NCBI RefSeq assembly: GCF_006345805.1
Contig: NC_043020.1
Span: 11,470,001 to 11,534,000 of the forward strand
Length of the DNA: 64,000 bases
Source of the DNA: Octopus sinensis
Taxonomy: Eukaryota
Direction: 5' to 3'
A program made the position numbers and the translations under genes. Below the pieces are notes generated by a model that was given only the letters and a program-made list of their open reading frames with translations, searched no databases and had not been told where the DNA came from. Of this stretch, positions 35,986-47,760 are shown one piece after another. How positions within the stretch are numbered: the stretch's first letter is position 1; each line of letters begins with the position of its first letter.

Positions 35986-36081
35986 TATATTATATATATA
36001 ATTAGAAATAATACATTTCTAAATCTCAGAGAAATTTATACAGTAGTAGCACAATAATGTGATGGTATGTTGCCAACTTAA

Positions 36082-36495
36082 GGCGGCGAGCTGGCAGAAA
36101 TGTTAGCACGCCGGGCAAAATGCGTAGCCGTATTTCGTCTGCGTTACGTTGTGAGTTCAAATTCCGCCGAGGTCGACTTTGCCTTTCATCCTTTCAGGGT
36201 TGATAAATTAAGTACCAGTTATGCACTGGAGTCGATCTAATCGACTTAATACCTATGTCTGTCCTTGTTTGTCCCCTCTGTGTTTAGCCCCTTGTGGGTA
36301 GTAAAGAAATAGGTATTTCGTCTGCCGTTACGTTCTGAGTTCAAATTCCGCCGAGGTCAACTTTGCCTTTCATCCCTTCGGGGTCGATAAATTAAGTACC
36401 AGTTACGCACTGGGGTCGATCTAATCGACTTAATACCTATGTCTGTCCTTGTTTGTCCCCTCTGTGTTTAGCCCCTTGTGGGTAATAAAGAAATA
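36082..36495 (+). mobile_element. SINE family C dimer with 18-bp TSD
   Basis: GGTATGTTGCCAACTTAA at 36064-36081 and 36496-36513. Duplicated at 37438-37848. Confidence 0.9.
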
Positions 36496-36764
36496 GGTAT
36501 GTTGCCAACTTAATGTGGCAGTCCCATGAAAGGGAAGAATGCTATTGCTATTTAGCCCTAGGAAACACCGTTTCCAATTGGCCATGACATATTTTCTGTG
36601 TCCTCGTGTTTTCAAAGGGGAGATAAGCACCTCCACACAGCAAAGCCAGCAGCCAGAGACTAGTTTCAGAGTCATTGTTCATCATCAGTCTGGAGTAGCA
36701 TGGCTTGCTAGCTGTCAATGCCTATTCGCCTTTGTAAACATATAGATTTCAAGTGAAATACATT

Positions 36765-37075
36765 CACAGACAGACAGGCAGACAGGCAGATAGATACAGA
36801 CAGACAGATAGATAAACAGAAAGATAGACAGACAGACAGACGGATAGACAGACAGATAGATGGATAGACAGACAGATTGATAGACATATAGATGGATAGA
36901 CAGACAGACAGACAGGCAGACAGACAGACAGATAGATAGATAGAAAGACAGACAAATAAATAGATAGATAGATGATAGATAGATAGATAGTCAAAGAGAG
37001 AGATAGACAAAGAGAGAGATAGACAAAGAGAGAGATAGAGAGACAGAGATAGATGGATAGACAGACAGACAGAAA
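36765..37075. repeat. (GACA/GATA)n tetranucleotide microsatellite (second copy about 38120-38415)
   Basis: Direct reading. Confidence 0.95.
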
Positions 37076-38507
37076 AACAATCATATACATTCACATATAT
37101 ACATAAATATTTTCACATCCACCCACCCATAAACACACACACACACACAACATATATATATATATATTATATATATACATATATACGACAGGCTTCTTTC
37201 AGTTTCCGTCTACCAAATCCACTCACAAGGCATTGGTCGGCCCGGGGCTATAGCAGAAGACACTTGCCCAAGATGCCACGCAGTGGGACTGAACCCGGAA
37301 CATGTGGTTGGTTAGCAAGCTACTTACCACACAGCCACTCCTATATTATATATATAATTAGAAATAATACATTTCTAAATCTCAGAGAAATTTATACAGT
37401 AGTAGCACAATAATGTGATGGTATGTTGCCAACTTAAGGCGGCGAGCTGGCAGAAATGTTAGCACGCCGGGCAAAATGCGTAGCCGTATTTCGTCTGCGT
37501 TACGTTGTGAGTTCAAATTCCGCCGAGGTCGACTTTGCCTTTCATCCTTTCAGGGTTGATAAATAAGTACCAGTTATGCACTGGAGTCGATCTAATCGAC
37601 TTAATACCTATGTCTGTCCTTGTTTGTCCCCTCTGTGTTTAGCCCCTTGTGGGTAGTAAAGAAATAGGTATTTCGTCTGCCGTTACGTTCTGAGTTCAAA
37701 TTCCGCCGAGGTCGACTTTGCCTTTCATCCTTCGGGTCGATAAATTAAGTACCAGTTACGCACTGGGGTCGATCTAATCGACTTAATACCTATGTCTGTC
37801 CTTGTTTGTCCCCTCTGTGTTTAGCCCCTTGTGGGTAATAAAGAAATAGGTATGTTGCCAACTTAATGTGGCAGTCCCATGAAAGGGAAGAATGCTATTG
37901 CTATTTAGCCCTAGGAAACACCGTTTCCAATTGGCCATGACATATTTTCTGTGTCCTCGTGTTTTCAAAGGGGAGATAAGCACCTCCACACAGCAAAGCC
38001 AGCAGCCAGAGACTAGTTTCAGAGTCATTGTTCATCATCAGTCTGGAGTAGCATGGCTTGCTAGCTGTCAATGCCTATTCGCCTTTGTAAACATATAGAT
38101 TTCAAGTGAAATACATTCACAGGCAGACAGGCAGATAGATACAGACAGACAGATAGATAAACAGAAAGATAGACAGACAGACAGACGGATAGACAGACAG
38201 ATAGATGGATAGACAGACAGATTGATAGACATATAGATGGATAGACAGACAGACAGACAGGCAGACAGACAGACAGATAGATAGATAGAAAGACAGACAA
38301 ATAAATAGATAGATAGATGATAGATAGATAGATAGTCAAAGAGAGAGATAGACAAAGAGAGAGACAAAGAGAGAGATAGAGAGACAGAGATAGATGGATA
38401 GACAGACAGACAGAAAAACAATCATATACATTCACATATATACATAAATATTTTCACATCCACCCACCCATAAACACACACACACACACAACATATATAT
38501 ATATATA

Positions 38508-38739
38508 TATAATATTAATTCGAGACAAAACCACTATTTTGCAAATCAAACAAGGAAAGACTTAATCAATACATAAAAAATTTTAATATAAAGTAAATAA
38601 ATCATCACTACAATTGTTTCATTTGAAGACATGAAACAATTGTAGTGGCGATTTATTTACTTATATAAAAATTGTATTGATTAAGTCTTTCCTTGTTTGA
38701 TTTGCAAAATAGTGGTTTTGTCTCGAATTAATATTATAT
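38508..38739. mobile_element. ~230-bp palindrome (inverted Penelope-like terminus candidate)
   Basis: Outer ~60 bp perfectly inverted; 8-nt centre TTGAAGAC (38624-38631); arms begin ATGAAACAATTGTAGTG. Confidence 0.65.
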
Positions 38740-38828
38740 AATATTTTACTATAAAATTGGATTTAATCCTAAATCTGATTTTTTCCCTGTAATTTTGGAT
38801 TTATTCCCTAATATTTATTTATTATATT

Positions 38829-38864
<36 letters not shown>

Positions 38865-38865
<1 letters not shown>

Positions 38866-39268
38866 GGAGTGGCTGTGTGGTAAGTAGCTTGCTAACCAAC
38901 CACATGGTTGCGGGTTCAGTCCCACTGCATGACATCTTGGGCAAGTGTCTTCTGCTATAGCCCCGGGCCGACCAATGCCTTGTGAGTGGATTTGGTAGAC
39001 GGAAACTGAAAGAAGCCTGTCGTATATATGTATATATATATATGTATGTGTGTGTGTTTGTGTGTCTGTGTTTGTCCCCCTAGCATTGCTTGACAACCGA
39101 TGCTGGTGTGTTTACGTCCCCGTCACTTAGCGGTTCGGCAAAAGAGACTGATAGAATAAGTACTGGGCTTACAAAAGAATAAGTCCTGGGGTCGTTTTGC
39201 TCGACTAAAGGCGGTGCTCCAGCATGGCCGCAGGCAAATGACTGAAACAAGTAAAAGAGTAAAAGAGA
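38865..39268 (+). mobile_element. SINE family A
   Basis: Full-length copy. Confidence 0.9.
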
Positions 39269-39569
39269 TACATGCGAATATTATATTTTTCATAAAGCAC
39301 TTATGGGAGGACTGCAAGAACGAATGAAAAAAAAAGGAAATGGTATCTTTTATTTCATTATTATTATAACATTTTTTGTCACTTTTTCCTTATTCTTTTC
39401 TCAGTTTCTCAAAGTCGCCGCATCTACCCAGCAACAAATAAGACAAAAAGACACACGAGGATGGAGTAAGAGGTGGACTGTTTTTTTAACAGTTACATAA
39501 CAATATAGCATAGAGATTTATTCCCAAACACATCCCCACACTCAGACATTGTCTGAGTTTATATATGTG

Positions 39570-39622
<53 letters not shown>

Positions 39623-39758
39623 GTGTGTATATATATATATATATGTGTATATATATATATAATATGTGTGTGTGTTTATATATATATATATATATGTGTG
39701 GTGTGTGTATATATATATATATGTGTGTGGTGTGTATATATTATATATATATATATAT

Positions 39759-39792
<34 letters not shown>

Positions 39793-40172
39793 CACACACA
39801 CACACACACCAGACATGAAAGGGCAATGATAAAAAAATCTTGCAAGCACACACACCCATATGTGTACACACACACACACACACACACACAAGCATACAGA
39901 TATTTTATGTGTGTGTGAAAAGAACATATTCGTGATGTCGGGAGGAGAGAGAGAGAGAGAGAGAGAGAAGGAATCTGACTGTCCATAAATTAATTCCTAT
40001 TAAAACAACTGGGTAGCAAGCGCCACCCTGCTTCCCACCCCATTGCCACCCTGAATAGGAAACAAAAGCTACAAAAGCAACACCAATATAACAAAAGAAA
40101 GCTTTTGATACATCATCATTTCATGTCATCTTACTTTTCTATGTTCACCATTTTAGGAGAAGCCCCATATAC

Positions 40173-40254
<82 letters not shown>

Positions 40255-40310
40255 TTTTTGTCATGAGATAAAAAACCAAGGCTGTATATATTTTAGAACA
40301 TTTATAAAGA

Positions 40311-40360
40311 GGTCTTACAGCTGTTTCAAGGATATTTATTATACTCCTTCATCGGAAACC
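40311..40360 (-). ncRNA. Minimal type-I hammerhead motif with palindromic loop III
   Basis: GGUUU-CCGAUGA-AGGAGUAU(AAUAA)AUAUCCU-U-GAAA-C(AGCU)G-UA-AGACC; U4->C. Predicted cut after GUA (40316/40315). Confidence 0.65.
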
Positions 40361-40400
40361 GTGTGAGAAAATGGTTAAGCAATTGTTAATTTAGATAAGA

Positions 40401-40793
40401 CTAGCAGTATCGCCCGGTGTTGCTCGGGTTTGTAAGGGAAATAACTATATAAGCATTTTTAGAGAGTTATAGCCAAAAAATAGCAAAAAAAAATGCATTA
40501 AAAATGGGAAAAAAATGATGGTAAATTTTTTTTAAATTCGTTGACTCATCGTAGACATTTTTAGAGAGTTACTTCCCTTAGCGAAAAAAATGCATTAAAA
40601 TAGAAAAAAATGATGGTAAATTATTTTTAAAATCGTAGACTCATCGTAGACGCGCGCTAATACCCAGAAGGGCTCGATATGAATCACGACTATAAGATAC
40701 CCGCTTTTGGTTAAACTGCACCGCAAAATGTGGGAGTAGTTCGGAATCTAAATCGGAGTAGACAGACACACAACCTTACTTATATAAAGAAGA
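40401..40793 (-). mobile_element. Non-autonomous Helitron-like element, family H1 (copy 3)
   Basis: CTAG at 40401-40404; body homologous to 1474-1865. Confidence 0.8.
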
Positions 40794-40894
40794 TATGAAA
40801 CAGAGATGAGGTGGAGGAATGAAAATAGAGGTGGAAGAATGAAAATATTTCGTATCTTATCTAAATTAACTATTGCTTAACCATCTTCTCACAC

Positions 40895-40944
40895 CGTCTC
40901 CGATGAAAGAATATAATAAATATCCTAGAAACAGCTGTAGGATC
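40895..40944 (+). ncRNA. Hammerhead-like motif in right arm (more degenerate)
   Basis: CGUCU-CCGAUGA-AAGAAUAU(AAUAA)AUAUCCU-A-GAAA-C(AGCU)G-UA-GGAUC. Confidence 0.5.
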
Positions 40945-41144
40945 TATTTATAAATGTTCTAAAATATATACAGCCTTGGTTTTTTTTATCTCATTACAAA
41001 AGAAATTTTTTATATACACACGCTGATATATGACCTAAGGTGGATACCTTATTCACATAATCACCGAATCTGGAACTTAGCTATGGTTTATCCATAGCCC
41101 TTATTCAGCATTACCTGACACCTTTGGGTCTCACTGACACCATT

Positions 41145-41532
41145 GGATGGAAGCACTCCGTCGGTTACGACGATGAGGGTTCCGGTTGATCCGAATCAAC
41201 GGAACAGCCTGCTCGTGAAATTAACGTGTAAGTGGCTGAGCACTCCACAGACACGTGTACCCTTAATGTAGTTCTCGGGGATATTCAGCGTGACACAGAG
41301 AGTGACAAGGCTGGCCCTTTGAAATACAGGTACAACAGAAACAGGAAGTAAGAGTGAGAGAAAGTTGTGGTGAAAGAGTACAGCAGGGATCACCACCATC
41401 CCCTGCCGGAGCCTCGTGGAGCTTTTTTAGGTGTTTTCGCTCAATAAACACTCACAACGGTCTGGAAATCGAAACCGCGATCCTATGACCGCGAACCCGC
41501 TGCCCTAACCACTGGGCCATTGCGTCTCCACT
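41145..41532 (-). mobile_element. SINE family B with TSD
   Basis: CTGACACCATT at 41134-41144 and 41533-41543. Confidence 0.9.
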
Positions 41533-41695
41533 CTGACACCATTACCTCTCATATATATATATAAGTGCTAAAATCCAGCAATTCATAGAAAAGAAGTAAG
41601 TCTGATGAAGTCTAATCTTTAATGATGTGTAGTGGACAATTCTCCGACAAGAACTTCAGATAATGATAAAAGAATGGATGGCTCAGCAGGACATA

Positions 41696-42150
41696 TCATC
41701 ATCATCATCATCATCGTTTAACGTCCGCTTTCCATGCTAGCATGGGTTGGACGATTCGACTGGGGTCTGGGAAGCCAGGAGGCTGCACCAGGCCCAGTCT
41801 GATCTGGCAGAGTTTCTACAGCTGGATGTCCTTCCTAACGCCAACCTTTCCGTGAGTGTAGTGGGTACTTTTTACGTGTCACTGGCATGGTGCCAGGCGA
41901 GGCTGGCAACGGCCACAGGCTGGCAACGGCCACGGGCTGGCAAAGACCACGGCTGGCAAAGGCCACGGCTGGCAACGACCACGGGCTGGCAATGGCCACG
42001 GGCTGGCAAAGGCCACGGCTGGCAATGGCCACGGGCTGGCAATGGCCACGAGAGGCTGGCAATGGCCACGAGAGGCTGGCAATGGCCACAAGAGGCTGGC
42101 AATGGCCACGAGAGACTGGCAATGGCCACGAGAGGCTGGCAACGGCCACA
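41696..42150 (-). mobile_element. RTE 3' UTR fragment with a 14-copy expansion of a 16-20-bp unit (41901-42150)
   Basis: GGCTGGCAA(C/T/A)GGCCACG(AGA) units. The same motif occurs only 1-2 times in other copies. Confidence 0.85.
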
Positions 42151-42456
42151 TAGTTGTATTTAAAAAGTGTTGACCACCTGTGTTAATAGTGACTTCGAAA
42201 TTTTGTTGACAGAATCAGCAAATGATGTAAATATCTGTGAGAAAACTGAAACAACAATGTTTTCCATTTCTATGTAAAAATCATAGGCGCAGGAGTGGCT
42301 GTGTGGTAAGTAGCTTGCTTACCAATCACATGGTTCCGAGTTCAGTCCCACTGCGTGGCACCTTGGCCAAGTGTCTTCTACTATAGCCTCGGGCCGACCA
42401 ATGCCTTGTGAGTGGATTTGGTAGACGGAAACTGAAAGAAGCCCGTCGTATGTATG

Positions 42457-42487
<31 letters not shown>

Positions 42488-42797
42488 ATGTTTGTGTGCC
42501 TGTGTTTGTCCCCACCACCACCATAGTTGCAAAGCGAGTCTCTTAACAATGCAACCATGTCCTTATCTATACTACACAAAAAAAGATGGGATAGTCATGA
42601 CTGGAAACACTTCATCATAAGTCTGGTGAGTCAGTCATGGTCAATCATGAATCAGGAGTGAAACAGGTAAAACAACAACACAAACATTTATTTCCTTCTA
42701 GAAAATGCATCGTTGTTCTTTTACGCATGGACATTTTATACCTGTTCTGGCCTATTTGTATCCAACATGTGTTAGGAAAATTACAACCAAGGTCTCA

Positions 42798-43200
42798 AAC
42801 TAGGGCTTCACTCACCCACACATACCTGTAACTTCACTATAACTTTACCTGTCCACACAGACAAGACAAGACACCATAGCTTCACCCACCCACACATGCC
42901 TGGCATGGCACTATAGCTTTACCTGTCCACAAAGACCAAACAAGGCATCATAACTTTACCTGCCCACAAATACAAGACAAGGTACTATAGTTTCACCCAC
43001 CCACACATACCTGGCATGGCATTATATCTTTACCTGTCCACAAAGACAAGACAAGGCACTTTAACTTCACCTGTCCACACAGACAAGACAAGGCACCATA
43101 GCCCCACCTATCCACACATACCTGGCATGGCACTTTAAGTTTACCTGCCCAGAAAGACTAAACAAGGCGTTATAAGTTTACCTGCCTGCATATACCTGGC
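42798..43200. repeat. 37-bp minisatellite with B-A-A higher-order structure
   Basis: Unit starts at exact 37-bp spacing: 42907, 42944, 42981, 43018, 43055, 43092, 43129, 43166. Confidence 0.9.
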
Positions 43201-43246
43201 AAACTGGTATTGGAGAAATGAAATACTACCAAATGTGGAAGCACTG

Positions 43247-43612
43247 TGGAAGCACTCCATCGGTTACGACGATGAGGGTTCCGGTTGATCCAAATCAACG
43301 GAACAGCCTGCTCGTGAAATTAACATGTAAGTGGCTGAGCACTCCACAGACACGTGCACCCTTAACGTAGTTCTCGGGGATATCTAGCGTGACACAGAGA
43401 GTGACAAGGCCAGCCCCTTGAAATACAGGTACAACAGAAACAGGAAGTAAGAGTGAGAGAAAGAAGTTGTGGTGAAAGAGTACAGCAGGTCCCCACTATC
43501 CCCTGCCGGCCTCGTGGAGCTTTTAGGTGTTTTCGCTCAATAAAAACTCACAACGCCCGGTCTGAGAATCGAAACCGCGATCCTATGACCGCGAGTCCAC
43601 TGCCCTAACCAC
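43247..43612 (-). mobile_element. SINE family B
   Basis: Reverse-complement copy lacking the extreme 5' end. Confidence 0.88.
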
Positions 43613-43867
43613 CAAATATAATATAAATAGAATAGGGAAAAAAACACGGGAGAGAGGCTGACAAACAGAAGAGCAACGAGAGAGAGAGAGAAAACAGATA
43701 GAGAGACAGACAGAGGGACAGACGACTTGGTGGTGTAGTGCCAAGCTATAGATAACCACTGACATTAAGTTTAATAATTTACACAGCCAAATAATGACTC
43801 TTCCTTCACACGTAAGAATAAATAAATTTATTCTTTTGTTTGCTGTCATTCAATCATCTTCATTTTT

Positions 43868-44135
43868 TTTATGGGGAGGGGGATCAGAGTGGGGGTGAAA
43901 TGGTGGGGGAGGGGGGGCAGAATGGGGGGAAGGGGGGAGGGGGAAGAATAGGGGGAAAGGTGGGGAGGGGGCAGAATGGGGGGAAAGGTGGGGAGGGGGC
44001 AGAAGGGGGGGAAAGGTGGGGGCGGGGGCAGAATGGGGGGAAAGGTGGGGGCGGGGGCAGAATGGGGGGAAAGGTGGGGGCGGGGGCAGAATGGGGGGAA
44101 AGGTGGGGGAGGTAGTCAGGGGAGGGGGGGGGGGC
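43868..44135 (+). repeat. G-rich 29-bp minisatellite (about 7 units), G-quadruplex-prone
   Basis: AAAGGTGGGGGCGGGGGCAGAATGGGGGG; three G5-6 tracts per unit. Confidence 0.9.
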
Positions 44136-44534
44136 ATTCAATCTCCTTTTCATTTATTTTTCATTCGTTCTCTCCATTCCTCAATTATTCATTTCCATCT
44201 TCTTCAATCACTGATTTTTCTCCTTTTAACATTTAACCATCATCTTATATAACCTGCTCAACCATTCCATACTTTATTTATTTATTCATTTTTTCTTTCG
44301 TTCAATTCCCATCTCCATCCTCCTCTTCTCAGCATCCATTCAAATATCACCTTCTTCTTCATTTCATTCGCCCACTCACATAACCTCCCCCACCCTCCAT
44401 CTCCAACCTGTCTTAACTGCCTTTTACCTTCATTCACTCAATCCCTACTTTTTCATTCATGATTCCTTTCATCTCTTTCTTTCATGCATCTTTTTATTCT
44501 TTTTTTCATTCAGTTACTCAATATTGGTTTCCTT

Positions 44535-45722
44535 CAATTAATCTCTCATTTCTTCCTTTCATTCCCTTATCTTTTAATCTCTCATTTTTTCATTCATTCC
44601 ATCGTTCACATCCCTTATTTCTTCCTTTCATCCCTATCTTTTAATCTCATTTTTTCATCCATCGTCATCCTTATTCTTCCTTTCATCCCTTTTTTAATCT
44701 CTCATTTTTTCATTCATTCCATCGTTCACATCCCTTATTTCTTCCTTTCATTCCTTATCTTTTAATCTCTCATTTTTTCATTCATTCCATCGTTCACATC
44801 CCTTATTTCTTCCTTTCATTCCCTTATCTTTTAATCTCTCATTTTTTCATTCACTCCATCATTCACATCCCTTATTTCTTCCTTTCATTCTCTTATCTTT
44901 TAATCTCTCATTTTTTCATTCATTCCATCGTTCACATCCCTTATTTCTTCCTTTCATTCCCTATCTTTTAATCTCTCACTTTTTCATTCATTCCATCGTT
45001 CACATCCCTTATTTCTTCCTTTCATTCCATCTTTTTAATCTCTCATTTTTTCATTCATTCCATCGTTCACATCCCTTATTTTTCCTTCCTTTCTTATCTT
45101 AATCTCTCATTTTTTCATTCATTCCATCGTTCACATCCCTTATTTCTTCCTTTCATTCCCTTATCTTTTAATCTCTCATTTTTTCATTCACTCCATCATT
45201 CACATCCCTTATTTCTTCCTTTCATTCCCTATCTTTTAATCTCTCATTTTTTCATTCACTCCATCGTTCACATCCCTTATTTCTTCCTTTCATTCTCTTA
45301 TCTTTTAATCTCTCATTTTTTCATTCATTCCATCATTCATCATCCCTTATTTCTTCCTTTCATTCCCTTATCTTTTAATCTCTCATTTTTTCATTCATTT
45401 CATCATTCACATCCCTTATTTCTTCCTTTCATTCCCTTATCTTTTAATCTCTCATTTTTTCATTCATTCCATCATTCATCATCCCTTATTTCTTCCTTTC
45501 ATTCCCTTATCTTTTAATCTCTCATTTTTTCATTCATTCCATCGTTCACATCCCTTATTTCTTACTTTCATTCCCTCATCTTTTAATCTCTCATTTTTTC
45601 ATTCATTCCATCGTTCACATCCCTTATTTCTTCCTTTCATTCCCTTATCTTTTAATCTCTCATTTTTTCATTCAGTCCATCGTTCACATCCCTTATTTCT
45701 TCCTTTCATTCCCTTATCTTTC
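44535..45722. repeat. 69-bp pyrimidine-rich minisatellite (about 17 units)
   Basis: TTTTAATCTCTCATTTTTTCATTCATTCCATCGTTCACATCCCTTATTTCTTCCTTTCATTCCCTTATC. Confidence 0.93.
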
Positions 45723-46835
45723 GATATACCTCCTTCAACCCTTCGTCTCCCCTCATTTCCTCCCCCTCTCTCAATCTTTCATCCTGTATACACCATCAAT
45801 TCCTCCCACTCACTCCCCCTCTTCACTCATTTACTCTCACATCTTAATTCATCCCCTCAACTCTCCACCACACTCCTTCATTCTCACACTTCACTCCTTC
45901 ATTCTCATTTTCTCCTTTCCACTTCTTTCACTCTCTCTCTCTTTCTTTCTTTCATTCACTTCTCAACCCTCACTTTCATCCATTCCCTCATCCTCTCCCA
46001 GCCTCTCATTCCCCTACCTCCTCTCCTCTCATTCTCTCCTTCAATCCACTCCCACATTCCCACCTCTTCTCATCCCCCCACCCCCACCCATCTTCCTCTC
46101 CTCCCACACCTTTCCCTCCTATACATCTTAACCCTCTCTCTTTTAATCTTTCAATTTCTCCTTTCTTACTCTTACACCCCCTACCACCACCACCATCATC
46201 CCCTCCTTTCTTGCTCTTATCTCTCCCCACCACCATCACCGCCAACCACCCACCATCCTCTCCTCCTACACTCAATCATCATCTCATTTTTCATTCAATT
46301 CTCCTCGACTCATTCCGCTGACCTATTCTCCTGATTCTTTAGTCTTCACCAAATCATTTTCTATTCCACTACATTTAAAAAGGTTTTTTTTAATTTAATA
46401 GATAAATAATAATTTCAAAATCGCACATTCGTACACACATACACACTTCCCTGTTCACTTACAAACATACACAACAACAGATTCATACAAGTGCATTCCA
46501 GAAGTCTGGGACTCTTTTAAATATAAAGCAGTAAGGAAAATTATATACAAGTATATATACATATACACACACACATCTGCAGAACATATTTATATATATT
46601 CTTAAGAGATAGAGACAGACGGATGTCCGCCTGCCTACCTAGCTGCCTATTTACCTATCTATCAATCTACTTACCTACAAATATATAATAATAATAATAA
46701 TAATATATGTGCATATATATATATATATATATATTTTTGGTAGAATATTTTTGGTAGAAATGACTGATTGTCCCTCTTAGCGTTTGGCATGTATGTATAA
46801 TGCCGTCTGGCATGTATGTATAATGCCCTCTATAT

Positions 46836-46872
<37 letters not shown>

Positions 46873-47105
46873 TAAGTATATACTAAGTTTTGGCTATTCT
46901 TTCTACTTTTTAAGTAGAAAGAATAGCCAAAACTCTTTGACTGCTATTTCTAAATTCGGTGTGTGGTGAGGCAAATCGTTGCTAAACCCTTAATTACTTA
47001 GTATTACTTAAACCTTCCTTGAATGGGGCTTTTACATGCCGAAATCTACTTGGTGAAATTAATGATTATTCCAAATTAATTAATTTCACCCTATATTATT
47101 ATTGA

Positions 47106-47152
<47 letters not shown>

Positions 47153-47760
47153 TCTCTTTTACTCTTTTACTTGTTTCAGTCATTTGACAGTGGCCATGCT
47201 GGAGCACCACCTTTAGTTGAGCAAGTCGACCCCAGGACTTATTCTTTGTAATCCTAGTACTTATTCTATCAGTCTCTTTTACCGAACTGCTAAGTTACGG
47301 GAACTTAAACACACCAGCATCGGTTGTCAAGCGATGTTGGTAGGGAGAAACACAGACACACAAACACACATATACTCTTTACATATTTCAGGCATTTGAC
47401 TGGCCATGCTGGAGCACTACCTTTAGTTGAGCAAGTCGACCCCAGGACTTATTCTTTGTAATCCTAGTACTTATTCTATTGGTCACTTTTGCCGAACTGC
47501 TAAGTTACGGGGGATGTAAACACACCAGCATCAGTTGTCAAGCGACGTTTGGGGGGACAAACACAGACACACAAACACACATATATATACATATATACGA
47601 CGGGCTTCTTTCAGTTTCCGTCTACCAAATCCACTCACAAGGCTTTGGTCGGCCCGAGGCTATAGTAGAAGACACTTGCCCAAGGTGCCACACAGGAGGA
47701 CTGAACTCGGAACCATGTGGTTGGTAAGCAAGCTACTTACCACACAGCCACTCCTGCGCC
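47153..47760 (-). mobile_element. SINE family A with duplicated 3' half
   Basis: 3' half at about 47153-47370 and again from about 47381, followed by the 5' half. Confidence 0.8.

Larger units (their letters stand above)
35800..38510. repeat. Tandem duplication of about 1.35 kb (about 35800-37159 and 37160-38510)
   Basis: Identical ORF-track entries offset by 1353 bp (36430/37783, 36539/37892). Breakpoints lie in (TA)n tracts. Confidence 0.92.
40249..41012. mobile_element. Fold-back element with ~150-bp inverted arms (40249-40400 and 40855-41012), each carrying a hammerhead-like motif
   Basis: Arms align in inverted orientation at roughly 85-90% by eye. Flanked by (TA)n. Interrupted by Helitron H1. 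Confidence 0.75.

Noticed and set aside
46960-47090. Two stem-II/GAAA-like motifs (GGCA..TGCT-AAAC; GGC..GCC-GAAA) in a (TA)-flanked element
   Set aside because: Core and stem I do not fit, so it is too degenerate to call.
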